Positions 7,919 to 18,472 are shown, numbered from the stretch's first letter. The stretch: 64,000 nt of DNA from an uncultured delta proteobacterium (GCA_963778115.1 CAVZSV010000004.1:194607-258606), one strand, 5' to 3'. Notes: generated by a model from the sequence alone, not told the origin. Numbers and translations are program-made.

Positions 7919-9298
7919 ATGCGCTGGAGCCTTCTGGTCTGCGTACTATTGGCGTCTTCCCTTCTTGTGGAAGGGTGTAGTTCTTCATCAAGCAGTGCGA
8001 GTTTTAATGTCCCGGCCATCACCCCCATTGTGGATGCCGCTCTGCCCGCAGGACTAAAGGCAAGCCACTTGGCCGGAAAATCGAAATTTACCAAGAATAC
8101 TCAAGTTCATAGTATCGCCAACGTGCTGCGTGACCATTCGTTTACGCCGGATAACCAGCCCGCGTCCGAAACTGCCACCGCCATCACTTTTATCCAAAAT
8201 CTTTTCACCAATTACTACACTGGAAACGACGGCTCGCTCGTTCAAGGTTATGTAAACTCACTGGTAGAGCAAGTAGACAGCCGAATGAGTGGAATCAAGA
8301 CTCAAATCTCTACGTTAGGAAACAAGCCGGCTTGTCTATCGGCCACTCAGCAAACCACCGCGCCCGAAGTAGAACTTGGTGTTATCGACCCCATGTTTAA
8401 TTTCAGCGCTCCCTACCTTCAATGTAACAACTCCTTTAGTAGCGGAGGCCAATCGGGGCCAGGAGCGGGAGCCGCATTTGGGCAAGACTCAACGGGAACC
8501 AATTTTTCACTGTGGCTATATCTCAATTGGTCCGCCTCCAATTCACCTAGCCCCACGGCAACGACCTTCGATCAACTTGGAGGTTTTCTGGGAGTGGCTA
8601 ATGTCCTCAACGTAGGATCTACATCGAGTGCTTCACCCGAAACGGTAGATGGAATGCTCGTTTCCTATGCTCCCTACGGAACTTGTCAAAGCTGCCAAAA
8701 CACCATCACGATGACTCGTTTTACCGCAAGCCCCACGACGAATACCTTCGCCCTTTTTGTTTCCTCTAGCTACATGAACCAACAGGGCTTTGACGCCGCC
8801 GGAACTGGAAACGGGGCTCCTTCCAATCTGGGAACGGGCTTTCGTCTAGTCTCCGATGGAACGCACGTTTATTCCGATGGCATCCTCTACGATCCCGCTC
8901 AGGGCTCAAACGGCACTTTCTACTATTACGATGTCTGCCTAAACGCCGCCAATCTGAGCTTGGACGGAACACCTACCGACTGCACTACTCTTGCGAACGA
9001 CTACACTACCACCACGTTCGCGACACTCTATCCCGGGGTTACCAATCCCAACCCGCTCGCTACATCACCCACTTTGAATTTCAACGAAATCACCGGCTGT
9101 AGCGCCACGTTGCCCACTCATGGCAGCAATACGTTAGCGGCTAGCGCCGGTGCCTCCAATAACTCATGTCCCGGCTCGATAGCTCCCGCGGGAAGTCCGA
9201 TGTCGGAAACTTTGGCAACTGACATTACTTCACCGCAGAGTGCGATACTCTCCGCACTGTCTGCCGTCGGATTGCCCAGCGGACTGCCGCAACTTTAG
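7919..9298 (+). CDS. Hypothetical lipoprotein (Ser/Thr-rich)
   Basis: AAGGAG RBS; lipobox-like LVEGC. Confidence 0.8.
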   Translation: MRWSLLVCVLLASSLLVEGCSSSSSSASFNVPAITPIVDAALPAGLKASHLAGKSKFTKNTQVHSIANVLRDHSFTPDNQPASETATAITFIQNLFTNYYTGNDGSLVQGYVNSLVEQVDSRMSGIKTQISTLGNKPACLSATQQTTAPEVELGVIDPMFNFSAPYLQCNNSFSSGGQSGPGAGAAFGQDSTGTNFSLWLYLNWSASNSPSPTATTFDQLGGFLGVANVLNVGSTSSASPETVDGMLVSYAPYGTCQSCQNTITMTRFTASPTTNTFALFVSSSYMNQQGFDAAGTGNGAPSNLGTGFRLVSDGTHVYSDGILYDPAQGSNGTFYYYDVCLNAANLSLDGTPTDCTTLANDYTTTTFATLYPGVTNPNPLATSPTLNFNEITGCSATLPTHGSNTLAASAGASNNSCPGSIAPAGSPMSETLATDITSPQSAILSALSAVGLPSGLPQL

Positions 9299-9312
9299 GT
9301 CTTTCTAAAACG

Positions 9313-9357
9313 AAAAAAGGCCAAGGAGAAATTCTCCTTGGCCTTTTTGTTTTTTTA
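9313..9357. terminator. Bidirectional rho-independent terminator
   Basis: AAAAAGGCCAAGGAGA-aat-TCTCCTTGGCCTTTTT + T tract. Confidence 0.85.
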
Positions 9358-9362
9358 TCTAT

Positions 9363-9976
9363 TTAGTTCAGCAGATTGCTAATCATCTGACTCACTTTCG
9401 AATACGCAATCGTCGTATCGAGTGACGTGGGACGAGTCGAAGCGCTCGTTCCGGTCAATCTTGAGTCATTAAGCCCATGTATAGCTTACCGTCGGCACCA
9501 ATGCCCATGAGATCGTAGGTGACCGTGTTGTCACTTGGCATCGTCTGTCCGCCGCAATCTTTGCCCATGACATCTTGAGGTTGTTCAAGAGCCCAGTCGC
9601 TGTATCCACAGAACTGCTCGGAATTCAGATAGCCAATGTACTGGGCATCGTGGAAGGTGAGCGTTAAGGTGGTCAAAGTAAGATCGGCATCTTCGGCGCC
9701 GGTAGGTGCACTGGAATCGGTGTTAAGGGCTAGCGCGGCGCCAGTGTGAACCGTTGCAATTCCCTGAGACTGGCAGGTCGCATCCGTGTAGATCGTGGAA
9801 TCTACCGTCATCGTGGTGTCGTTGATGACCATCTTATCAAGGCCATACTGGGTCTGCCCTTGAGCCGTTTGCGAATAACAACTCGAATTCCACATTCCAT
9901 CAAATGGAGACGCCGCCAGTGCCATCGCGGACAAAAGACTTAACCCACTCAGTAAACAAACTGATGAGAACTTCAT
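9363..9976 (-). CDS. Hypothetical secreted protein, probable frameshift at ~9458
   Basis: ORF track stops at QD* (9455); adding one T continues as LTGTSASTRPTSLDTTIAYSK..LLN* ending just before the terminator. Confidence 0.7.
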
Positions 9977-10129
9977 AGTTACCCCCTGATTTTTTTGGTA
10001 CTTCGTTTAGAAACAGCGACGATGCTAGCACGCGGTATGAGTTCGCCAACCGCTGCGCGCCATTCCAAACGGCATTTCACCATCGCCCCGTTAGTGTGCT
10101 TTGTATTCAAACCCACAGAGAAGTCCCGC

Positions 10130-11212
10130 TTAAGGGATGTTTGGCAATTCCGTCCCGCCCCATTCTATTACGGTGAATCCTTTGCGTCTAAAGTGGGGAA
10201 GCTTCTGAGGCTTAGCATCAATCGACTTTGGATTCTGCAGTGCCCTATAGGTCATAAAGACCCGAAGAAGAGAGTCTGGACGAGGAGAGATCTCAAGGGG
10301 TGCCGAAGAAGTATAGGTTTTGCCAGCAAAACGAACGAAGTTATAAGCATTCTTCTGCATCCGGGGAAACCAATAAACGATAAACTCATTGTACTCACGA
10401 GGAGTAAGACCTAGCGCCGAGAGTTTTTCACGCAAGAATCTCTTAGTATCTTTAGCCGGCACCACAAAGCCCGTCCCGTCTTCTTCGGAAATGTCTCGGT
10501 TGGGAACTCCTTCCCAAAAAAGATAGGAATACTCTTGATGGTCACGACTATTAATCAAAGATCCGTCTGGCTTTGCTTTCACCCTCCACCCTTTAATGCC
10601 CGGATCATAATCAGGATATGTCGCCGTAAGCATTCCTTGATACTTTAGAGAAACGACAACGTCTTGGGTGTGTCGGGGATAGAGATAGATCACAGGTTTA
10701 GCCACACATACGTTATCACCCGAACATGGGGTGGGCGCATAGGTCGTTGCGGAAACTGAACCTTCCATATGAAGGCCATTGGCGTACCCAATACGGAAAG
10801 AGAGCGTAAACGGTAAACTCCCCAAAGGCAGACTAGTATAAGTAATCGTCGCACTTGAAATCATCTGAGGATACTGGACGACTTCAACCCAATTTCCCAA
10901 GCTGTCCGTTACACTAGCCCCGTTTCCCCCAGAATTTGCAACTAGTGAATAGGAAGCATTTAGCGAAGGCGAGAAGTTGCACGTTATATAGATTTGAACA
11001 TCGTTACTTGCGGAGTCCGTCCCCGTGATAGCCAGTTGATAGCCAGGATTGCCGATCTGAAAGGATTCCGTACTCGGGGAAAAAGTGTAAGTGGATGAAG
11101 GGGCAATCGTTAAGAAATTGTTTGGACTAGGATTTGCCCCCTGTTTCCCACAAGCCGCTATTAAACATACCCAAGCCACGCCCAATGAAAGTCTTATAAA
11201 TGCCGTTCGCAT
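10130..11212 (-). CDS. Lipoprotein with C-terminal 'KPVIYLYP' conserved domain
   Basis: IAAC lipobox; KPVIYLYP..YSYLFWEG..EFIVYW.P..PDSLLRVFM..GFTVIEWGG. Confidence 0.85.
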   Translation of the reverse strand: MRTAFIRLSLGVAWVCLIAACGKQGANPSPNNFLTIAPSSTYTFSPSTESFQIGNPGYQLAITGTDSASNDVQIYITCNFSPSLNASYSLVANSGGNGASVTDSLGNWVEVVQYPQMISSATITYTSLPLGSLPFTLSFRIGYANGLHMEGSVSATTYAPTPCSGDNVCVAKPVIYLYPRHTQDVVVSLKYQGMLTATYPDYDPGIKGWRVKAKPDGSLINSRDHQEYSYLFWEGVPNRDISEEDGTGFVVPAKDTKRFLREKLSALGLTPREYNEFIVYWFPRMQKNAYNFVRFAGKTYTSSAPLEISPRPDSLLRVFMTYRALQNPKSIDAKPQKLPHFRRKGFTVIEWGGTELPNIP

Positions 11213-11351
11213 ACGAATCCTCCCAACAAGTTCCTCTATGTTCTATTATGAGAAATTGATTCCCCCAGATGAACTAAGGAAACATGCCAGATCTGCTCTT
11301 TTCCCAACCCTGAAGTAGCCCTGAGAAAGGAACTTTGTTAAGGTGCCGCAA

Positions 11352-12035
11352 ATGCAACCCCATGACTCAGTCTTTCTTTCCGTAAACGAAGGCTACAACC
11401 GGTGGGCGGAGTTTTACGATGCGGATGATATTCCCTTGCATCTGCTTGAAGAGCCGTTGGTAGACGCGGCTTTGGGCGACATTACTAAACTTCGCATCCT
11501 CGATGTGGGGTGTGGAACGGGACGCGAAACTTTGAGGCTCGCGAAAACAGGCGCTGTCATGATCGGAATTGATCAATCGGAAGGAATGCTAAGCCAGGCC
11601 AAAAAAAAAGTCGCAACCGAATCCGTAACCTTCATCCAAGCAGACGCTGATAAGAGATTTCCTTTTGAAAGCTATTCTTTCGACAGAGTCGTTAGTTTTC
11701 TGGCGCTAGAACATTTTACCGATCTAAAATTCACATTTTCGGAATGCCGAAGGGTCTGTCTTAGAGATGGATTTATTTTCTTAACTGCGATGCACCCCGC
11801 GATGACGCTTAAAGGAGTTCAAGCTAGATACACCGATAAATTTGGACAGAAGTGTTACCCCAAAAGTTTTCCGTACCAAATTTCCGACTATCTAAACGCA
11901 GCAACGGATGCGGGGCTGAGGCTCTTTAAAATAAGTGAGCACGCTACCGACGCAAGCCATGCCAAAGTCTCCGAAAGGGCACAGAAGTATGAAGGGTGGC
12001 CTCTTTTACTTACTTTAAAATTCTCTCCCCTATGA
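11352..12035 (+). CDS. Class I SAM-dependent methyltransferase
   Basis: ILDVGCGTG motif; GY.RWA.FYD. Confidence 0.9.
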   Translation: MQPHDSVFLSVNEGYNRWAEFYDADDIPLHLLEEPLVDAALGDITKLRILDVGCGTGRETLRLAKTGAVMIGIDQSEGMLSQAKKKVATESVTFIQADADKRFPFESYSFDRVVSFLALEHFTDLKFTFSECRRVCLRDGFIFLTAMHPAMTLKGVQARYTDKFGQKCYPKSFPYQISDYLNAATDAGLRLFKISEHATDASHAKVSERAQKYEGWPLLLTLKFSPL

Positions 12036-12910
12036 AATTAAGACCACAAGACCCATCGCAAAAAGGACGCCTCCTAGTTCTGGCGGCGGCAATCTTGTGG
12101 AGTTCGAGTGGCTTTTTCACCAAAGTGATCGATCTGCCTCCGATTGCAATTGCGGGGTACCGAACACTTTTTGCGGCACTTTTTCTACTTCCCTTCTTGG
12201 GAAAGACGCGACGAACCTTTCGCCCGGCAATGCTGGGAATGGTCGTCTGTTTTGCCTTAATGAACGTTTGTTTCATTTGCTCGATGGTCTTTACTTCCGC
12301 CGCTAACGCTATTTTCCTCGAATATACCGCCCCCTTTTGGATGGTCGTCGTGGGAAGGGTTTGGCTAAAAGAGCGCATCGAGCGAGCCAACGTCATAGCC
12401 TTGGCCGGTGGCATGCTTGGAATCTTTGTCCTGGTATCGGGAAGCTGGAGCCTCGATCCGCTTGGTATTACCTTGGGAGTTTTTTCGGGAATTCTTTTTG
12501 CGGGAGTCTCTTTATTTTTGCGCTTCTTGCGCGATGAAGACGCTCTTTGGCTTACTTTCATCAATATGGCTGTCAGTGCCCTGTTAGTACTAGTCCCGCT
12601 TGCTATCTTTCGGCCTGAGTGGCTTATGGCCTCGATCCCCCATCTAAAGATGGCAGCCCTTTTTGGAATTATTCAAACTGCCATTCCTTATTTGATCTAT
12701 TGCCAGGGAATGGCTCGTATCACGGCACAAGAGGCGGGACTTATCGCCCTTTTGGAACCGGTGATCAATCCTCTGTGGGCGTGGTTCGCCGTGAGAGAAG
12801 TTCCCCATCGATCCACTCTTATCGGGGGAGCCCTCATCTTGTTCTCTATTGGTGCTCGCTCTTTTCACCGAATGAGAAAATCATACCGCGCCGCACCAAG
12901 ACCTGAATGA
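12032..12910 (+). CDS. EamA/DMT family transporter
   Basis: ~10 TM helices; LEPVINPLWAW; ATGA overlap with the upstream gene. Confidence 0.9.
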   Translation: MKLRPQDPSQKGRLLVLAAAILWSSSGFFTKVIDLPPIAIAGYRTLFAALFLLPFLGKTRRTFRPAMLGMVVCFALMNVCFICSMVFTSAANAIFLEYTAPFWMVVVGRVWLKERIERANVIALAGGMLGIFVLVSGSWSLDPLGITLGVFSGILFAGVSLFLRFLRDEDALWLTFINMAVSALLVLVPLAIFRPEWLMASIPHLKMAALFGIIQTAIPYLIYCQGMARITAQEAGLIALLEPVINPLWAWFAVREVPHRSTLIGGALILFSIGARSFHRMRKSYRAAPRPE

Positions 12911-12932
12911 CTCTACGTGCTAAAAGAGCCGA

Positions 12933-13964
12933 ATGAAAATTAGTACATGGGTTTATGGGGTAATATCCGTAGTTGTCTGTTTTTTCTTTTCGACCTCCGT
13001 AAGAGCGGTCGATCTCAATGAAATAGAAAAAGAACTCACTACCACAGGGGCGCAAGGCTGGATTCACGGCACTATTAATGACCAGCATACCTTTGTGTTT
13101 ACGTACCGAAATCCGGATAACTTCTTCGACTACGTCATTATGTCGTTAGTTCCTAGTAAGCCCGAAGTCGCAAAGACCCTTTTGACTTTGCATCGGCAAG
13201 ATAAGGTTCTTGTTAAGGGAAGCTTTATGGACAATCCCAGTCCTCAAAAGCACATTAAGGCCGATTCCGTGGAGCTGGTGACGGCCTATGTACCACCGGT
13301 GCCTATGCCAACCTATTCGCACCAAGCCAAAATTCCCCAAGATCTTTTAAAACTTACTTCAGCTACTTTTCTCGTGCACACGGTGGCCGGTGACGGTCAG
13401 ATACTTGTCGTAGAATTTCAGGACGCCGTGATCCCCGTCTATGTGAAAAACGGGGATCTCACGAAGAACCTATCTCGAAACGACCTCGTGCAACTCGAGT
13501 TTAAGATCCAAAATACCCCTAGCCAACCCACTCACTTGAATCTCGACGAAACCAGTGCCACCCCAGTTAAGGTTTTAGATTCCATCATGGCTAAGAACGG
13601 ACAGGAAGCGACTATTGAAGGCGAGCTTGTTCTTTTTCCCAAGAGCCCCGAGATCTCTTTTAACGTCTTTGCGGTAAAAGAAAATTTGCCAGCAGGATTG
13701 AATCGCCAATACACGCTGGTCAATATGGATGATCCCGACGTTTTCCAGAAAATCAGAGATACCCTTCAAGCCGCTTGGGACAAATACCCTTCGGATTCGG
13801 TCAACGGCCGCAATAAACTAGTCAGCACCCGACTTCGCGTAAAAGCGACGGGAACCATTAATGAGGTCGATCCTAACCAGGCCAATCCACAAATCCTGCT
13901 TAAATCAGTAGACTCGATGCAGATTATTGAGAGAGCCGATCCCAACGCGGTAACCGTGCATTAG
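12933..13964 (+). CDS. Hypothetical secreted protein (possible repeated OB-like units)
   Basis: Signal peptide; 343-aa ORF. Confidence 0.75.
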   Translation: MKISTWVYGVISVVVCFFFSTSVRAVDLNEIEKELTTTGAQGWIHGTINDQHTFVFTYRNPDNFFDYVIMSLVPSKPEVAKTLLTLHRQDKVLVKGSFMDNPSPQKHIKADSVELVTAYVPPVPMPTYSHQAKIPQDLLKLTSATFLVHTVAGDGQILVVEFQDAVIPVYVKNGDLTKNLSRNDLVQLEFKIQNTPSQPTHLNLDETSATPVKVLDSIMAKNGQEATIEGELVLFPKSPEISFNVFAVKENLPAGLNRQYTLVNMDDPDVFQKIRDTLQAAWDKYPSDSVNGRNKLVSTRLRVKATGTINEVDPNQANPQILLKSVDSMQIIERADPNAVTVH

Positions 13965-13991
13965 TAGGGACTACCCTCTATAATAGAGGGC

Positions 13992-14537
13992 ATGCCATTG
14001 ATTCGAACGGTAGGAATTTATTTAGCGATCTTCCACGCCTGCTTTGCCTTGGGTGCCGAACCCAACGCCGTTCCTCAATCAGAGAAACGAAAGGTCCTAA
14101 TCGTAGACCCTTCCACTTCGAATCGGATGCTGACCGAAGCCCAATTAGACGGTTATGGCTGGGAAATTGTCGAAGCAGGAAGCGAAGAAGAGGGCATGCA
14201 AAAGCTCGAGCAAAGTCCTAACGACTTTGCACTCGTCATTGCAGCTGTCGATTCGGGAAGGTCACGTCTAATAAAAAGGCTTCCTAAATATCAATCTCAA
14301 TCTCAGGTGGGGATGGGATTTGTCTCGGCGGTCAAACGATTCGGTAACATTCCCGTGCTCATTCATTCCTCGGAGGTACCTCATGAAGCGCAAGAAGAAA
14401 GCTATCGTCGAGAAGCCGCAAATGCCGGAGCTAGCGACATTCTTGCGATGCCAGCCAGCGGAGACGTCATGCGTCAGAAGGTAAACGAACTCACTTGCTC
14501 AATTCCGCTGGCCATTGCTTCCAGTATTAAGCAATAG
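13992..14537 (+). CDS. Signal-peptide-bearing receiver (CheY-like) domain protein, degenerate active site
   Basis: KVLIVD..NRML...L..YG.EIVEA.S.EEG; IPVLIHSS; AGASDILAMP. Confidence 0.75.
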   Translation: MPLIRTVGIYLAIFHACFALGAEPNAVPQSEKRKVLIVDPSTSNRMLTEAQLDGYGWEIVEAGSEEEGMQKLEQSPNDFALVIAAVDSGRSRLIKRLPKYQSQSQVGMGFVSAVKRFGNIPVLIHSSEVPHEAQEESYRREAANAGASDILAMPASGDVMRQKVNELTCSIPLAIASSIKQ

Positions 14538-14696
14538 AAGACGACTTAGTTCTACGAAAACGAACCCTTATTACGCGCGTTAAATGACCCGCCGCCTCTC
14601 CCCCGATGAGAACAACCGTTAATAGGTTTTGAAACTTCAATCCGCTTTTTAATGCAACAACAGTAGACTCTAGCTCAGGGAAAGGGAGGGTTGCTC

Positions 14697-15605
14697 ATGA
14701 AGCATCTTTTATCGACGATTTTCGTCATCAGCTTAGTTAGCGCGAAGTTTGCAGTGGCCGGAACACCCATCCAAGTGTTGAAAATGGCACATGGATCGTT
14801 GGACGAGGCTACGATCATTGAGAACATCAAAACTAACTTCAACGTCGACCAGTACCGACTGGTTCGCGCTCAAGTGATTTCGAAAAACGGACAGCCGGAT
14901 CACCTCCTGGTCTATCTTCATTCGAAAAAATATCACAAATTGGAAGTGGCCTCGGTTCCGTTAGGATCCAATTTCGGTTTCGTATCGGTGGAAAGAAATC
15001 ACGAAGTTTCCGCTTCAGATTTGCTAGCTACCAGCACTCCGAAGGCTGGCGACGTAGCCTGCCCCGACACGACAACCCAATTCATTGCTATCGCGCCCAA
15101 CGACGATACTTTTGAACAGGGAATCGCCAAGGCAGTGGCCGCCGCCGCCAACAAAGCCGGACTTAAGACGGTAGAGTTGTACGGGAAGGATGCCACGGGC
15201 GCTGCTTGGATGAATTACATGAGCTGCCCCAATCTAAAAGGAAACTTTTATGACGGCGACTCCAACCCTTCTGAAATTGCCGTGGCGAACGGAGTGTTAT
15301 CTTCAAGCCAACTTCAGAGCGGATTGACGGGAGCGTTTAGATTTGACGTCACCAATATCTGGGTGGCATGCGAAGCTTATAACAACCCGATGCTGGATGT
15401 AGTCCAACAAGACATGCAGGCAAAGAAGTATGCCGCCGGCATCAACGATCTTGAAGTCGGACCTAGTGACAACGCCGCTCAATGCGCCATGATCGCCGAC
15501 ATCAACGGTCAATACATGACCGATGCCTGGGCGAGCTGCATTAAGCAGAACGACCAGACCCAAGATCAATGGGGTTGGGGCGGAACGGGCTCTGATCTGT
15601 TTTAG
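14697..15605 (+). CDS. Hypothetical secreted protein (possible clan CD-like fold)
   Basis: GGGAGG RBS, signal peptide; NFYDGDS..NIWVACEA. Confidence 0.8.
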   Translation: MKHLLSTIFVISLVSAKFAVAGTPIQVLKMAHGSLDEATIIENIKTNFNVDQYRLVRAQVISKNGQPDHLLVYLHSKKYHKLEVASVPLGSNFGFVSVERNHEVSASDLLATSTPKAGDVACPDTTTQFIAIAPNDDTFEQGIAKAVAAAANKAGLKTVELYGKDATGAAWMNYMSCPNLKGNFYDGDSNPSEIAVANGVLSSSQLQSGLTGAFRFDVTNIWVACEAYNNPMLDVVQQDMQAKKYAAGINDLEVGPSDNAAQCAMIADINGQYMTDAWASCIKQNDQTQDQWGWGGTGSDLF

Positions 15606-15622
15606 CTCTTTCGAGCAAGCTA

Positions 15623-15657
15623 GGGGCGACGGCTTAGGCCGTCGCCCTTTTTTATTT
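15623..15657 (+). terminator. Rho-independent terminator
   Basis: GGGCGACGGC-ttag-GCCGTCGCCC-TTTTTT. Confidence 0.85.
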
Positions 15658-15688
15658 GATCATTAAAAGCAACGCGGCTTTAAACCGG

Positions 15689-16603
15689 CTACCTATGTTC
15701 CGGCCTGCGCCGGTACCTTCTCGGAGCCGGCCGTGCCGGCTGCGGCCGGCGCATAGTCGCCGGATTCGATCTTCGTTGAAGGGCGTTTTGAGGGGCATAT
15801 CCCCCGCCGCGGTAGGCATTCAATCTCTGGGAGCTCAGATGAGGAACATTCCCCGGCAAGTGACTATTGGGATTCTGTTGAACCGTAGACCACGTCGTAG
15901 GTGCACTTCTTAATCCGGGGTTACTCACTTCGTAAGCTTGGACGTTTTGCGCCATCGGACTCACACGATGCACATAATTAACATAGGCAGGAGAGGCCGG
16001 AACGTAGACTCCCGGGGGAGACAAGATAACCACCTGCTTCTCATACGCGACATAACTACGCACTACAAAATAGTTAGTATCGTCGTGAATATAGACCGGC
16101 CCGGAATAGTAATAGGGCGCAGGACTTGACGTGTTTGAGCTAGAGGCTTGAGCCGGGGCTTGATCGGCATTTCCCTCATTCGAAGTGTAATAGGCATCTT
16201 GAAACCTTTTTAATTCCTCCGTCATCGCGACGTTGCCCAACTTTTGAATGTCTTCCGGCTTTACCGCTTGCTTGGCTTGCTCGCACTCTTCGTAGGTAAT
16301 GCCTACTTTGGCGTAAGCCGTGTGGCCTCGATCGGTCTTTTCATCGTAATGATCTTCGATCCTAGCTCCCTTGGGAGCAAAAGAGCATTCATTCGCGAGA
16401 TCTCCGATGGCGATAGCTTCCGCTTTGAATTGCGCCTTTTCGGGACTAATGTCTTCGCCCGTTCCTACATAAACGATATAGCCAGAATCTACCGTTCGCG
16501 CCGGATTTCGAATCCAGGCCTTATCGTCGGCTGGTTTAGTGGAGCTACAGGTGACAAGGATGAGTAGAGGAAAAGAAAAAAAGAGTAAGGTAAGTAATCG
16601 CAT
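15689..16603 (-). CDS. Lipoprotein (LPP20-like N-terminal domain, Pro/Arg-rich tail)
   Basis: LVTC lipobox; W...P....YIVYVGTG. Confidence 0.75.
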   Translation of the reverse strand: MRLLTLLFFSFPLLILVTCSSTKPADDKAWIRNPARTVDSGYIVYVGTGEDISPEKAQFKAEAIAIGDLANECSFAPKGARIEDHYDEKTDRGHTAYAKVGITYEECEQAKQAVKPEDIQKLGNVAMTEELKRFQDAYYTSNEGNADQAPAQASSSNTSSPAPYYYSGPVYIHDDTNYFVVRSYVAYEKQVVILSPPGVYVPASPAYVNYVHRVSPMAQNVQAYEVSNPGLRSAPTTWSTVQQNPNSHLPGNVPHLSSQRLNAYRGGGYAPQNALQRRSNPATMRRPQPARPAPRRYRRRPEHR

Positions 16604-16640
16604 TGCTATAGCCTAACGTAAAATTCACAGGGAGTCGACG

Positions 16641-17804
16641 CTATCCCCACTTCGTCTTCAATTGGGGACCGCAACACGAAGCAACTAACGATCGAAAGTT
16701 TGCTTGGTACTCATCCCAGCTAAAGCGTTTCGTTATCTTCATCGCTTCTACTCTCATCGTTTGAAGTCTGTCTCGATCATCGGCCAGCAGTTCCAGTTTC
16801 TCGCGAATAGCCAACGAATCGTTGGGAGGAATGATAAATCCGTTAATACCGTCCGTGACCCATTCCGCTGCTCCACATCGCGACGTCACGATAGGAACGA
16901 CACCTACCGCCATCGCTTGAAACAGGGTCATTCCAAATCCGTCTTCTAAAGTCGGAAAAACAAACACGTCAGTATTCTTAAGCATCCCGGCAAGAGCTGA
17001 CTGGGGCATGGAGTCGAAATGCCGGGGCCGATATTTTTGCATTATCGCTCCAAACTCGGACGCCACTTTTCCAATAAGAGTGCATTCAAATCCTTTGTCG
17101 GAAAGTGATGCCATCGCTTCCAAAAGATATTGTACGCCCTTGCGAAGAGATAACTGGCCGAAGTAGACGACCCTGAGTCGTCCGTTTGGTGGGGGCGAGC
17201 CCGGTTGAAAAACAGAAGGATCCACTCCTAAGGGCAGAACCACCACCTTTGATTCCGAAATTCCCCGCTCTAAAAAAGTTCGCTTAACAAACTGGGAAGG
17301 CACCAAAATATGAGAGCAAAGGTCATACTCTTCGAGCTCTCTTTCCTCGCAAGCGCTACGATTAGGATAACGTTCGCCCCACTTGGCAAACTCGGCCCTC
17401 AAAATTTCGCTCTGAGTCAGAATATGCGCCGAATCACGGACAATAATCGAAACGGGCGAAATCTTTCTACGTAGATTTTCAAGAGAGAAAGAGGACCAAC
17501 CCACAAAGAGATCGCTAGGAACCTTGGTACGCTCCCGAGCCACCATTCGGTCAAAGAGGGCCATTTTCGCCAGATCACCCTGATTTTCGAATCCCATCGC
17601 TCTAAAGCCACGAAACAAAATTTCCGGAAGTAAGACACTATGAACGAATCGAGCGGGAATTCGAGGAAACTTAGAAGCCGGATAACTCGAGAAAAGCCGC
17701 CCCAGTGAGATCTCCCCTTCAGATGAGGACGATTCAACCAGCGCTAAGGCCATCCACTCGGCCTCGAATTTACCGCCAACTGAAATATCAATCTGTGGCA
17801 CCAT
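16641..17804 (-). CDS. Glycosyltransferase family 4
   Basis: G.L..RKG..YLLEA; FVFPTLEDGFGMTLFQAMA.G. Confidence 0.9.
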   Translation of the reverse strand: MVPQIDISVGGKFEAEWMALALVESSSSEGEISLGRLFSSYPASKFPRIPARFVHSVLLPEILFRGFRAMGFENQGDLAKMALFDRMVARERTKVPSDLFVGWSSFSLENLRRKISPVSIIVRDSAHILTQSEILRAEFAKWGERYPNRSACEERELEEYDLCSHILVPSQFVKRTFLERGISESKVVVLPLGVDPSVFQPGSPPPNGRLRVVYFGQLSLRKGVQYLLEAMASLSDKGFECTLIGKVASEFGAIMQKYRPRHFDSMPQSALAGMLKNTDVFVFPTLEDGFGMTLFQAMAVGVVPIVTSRCGAAEWVTDGINGFIIPPNDSLAIREKLELLADDRDRLQTMRVEAMKITKRFSWDEYQANFRSLVASCCGPQLKTKWG

Positions 17805-17845
17805 AGACCTCTAAGGTTAATAGACTTTTCTTTTTTTTCTGAACG

Positions 17846-18406
17846 CTATTTCCTGCCGAGCAGCCCTTCTTTGAGCCCTTCGTTAGGAGGGTTTTTTCCG
17901 ATCCAGGTGGAAAGGATCACTTTCCCGAACCCCGGGGAGGAGGCTTCCCCCTTCGCTTTGCCGTCAACAGCCACCGACACGCAATCATCAGTTAGTGTAT
18001 AACTAATGCGTTCTCCCTTTTTCATATCCGGCATAAAGCCTTTAAGCTGATCTAACGAAGTTTGATAAGTCTCACACTTTTGCTCGCAGTTATTTTTAAA
18101 AGACTTGTCCCATGCCTCGCGAATATCGGAAGCGTCAACGTTCCTCAAAAATTGCATCTGTAACTGCTTGGGTGAGGAAGCGCTTATCGCGGATTTTTCA
18201 TCCTGAGTCTTGTTCTTCAAATACAATCCCGCAGCATAGACCTTTACTCTAAACATAGTGGCAGTGCGAAGCCCCGTTCCATTTAAGTTCAAAGTCTCTG
18301 TTCCTACCTTAACGGTGTCAGGAAAAGTTACCGATTCCAAGATAGCGGCTTCAGACCTCGACATCCCCAAACCGGACAAAAGGCAAACCAACAGTAAGTA
18401 TTTCAC
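17846..18406 (-). CDS. Chalcone isomerase-like periplasmic protein
   Basis: L.LNG.GLR....VKVYAAGLYL; W.G..P....LK.GLLG. Confidence 0.9.
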   Translation of the reverse strand: MKYLLLVCLLSGLGMSRSEAAILESVTFPDTVKVGTETLNLNGTGLRTATMFRVKVYAAGLYLKNKTQDEKSAISASSPKQLQMQFLRNVDASDIREAWDKSFKNNCEQKCETYQTSLDQLKGFMPDMKKGERISYTLTDDCVSVAVDGKAKGEASSPGFGKVILSTWIGKNPPNEGLKEGLLGRK

Positions 18407-18472
18407 AGCAAACTCCCTTCAATGCTCAGTCTGTACACGAACCTAGGGCGCCTGTACAGAAGGGCAAACCCT

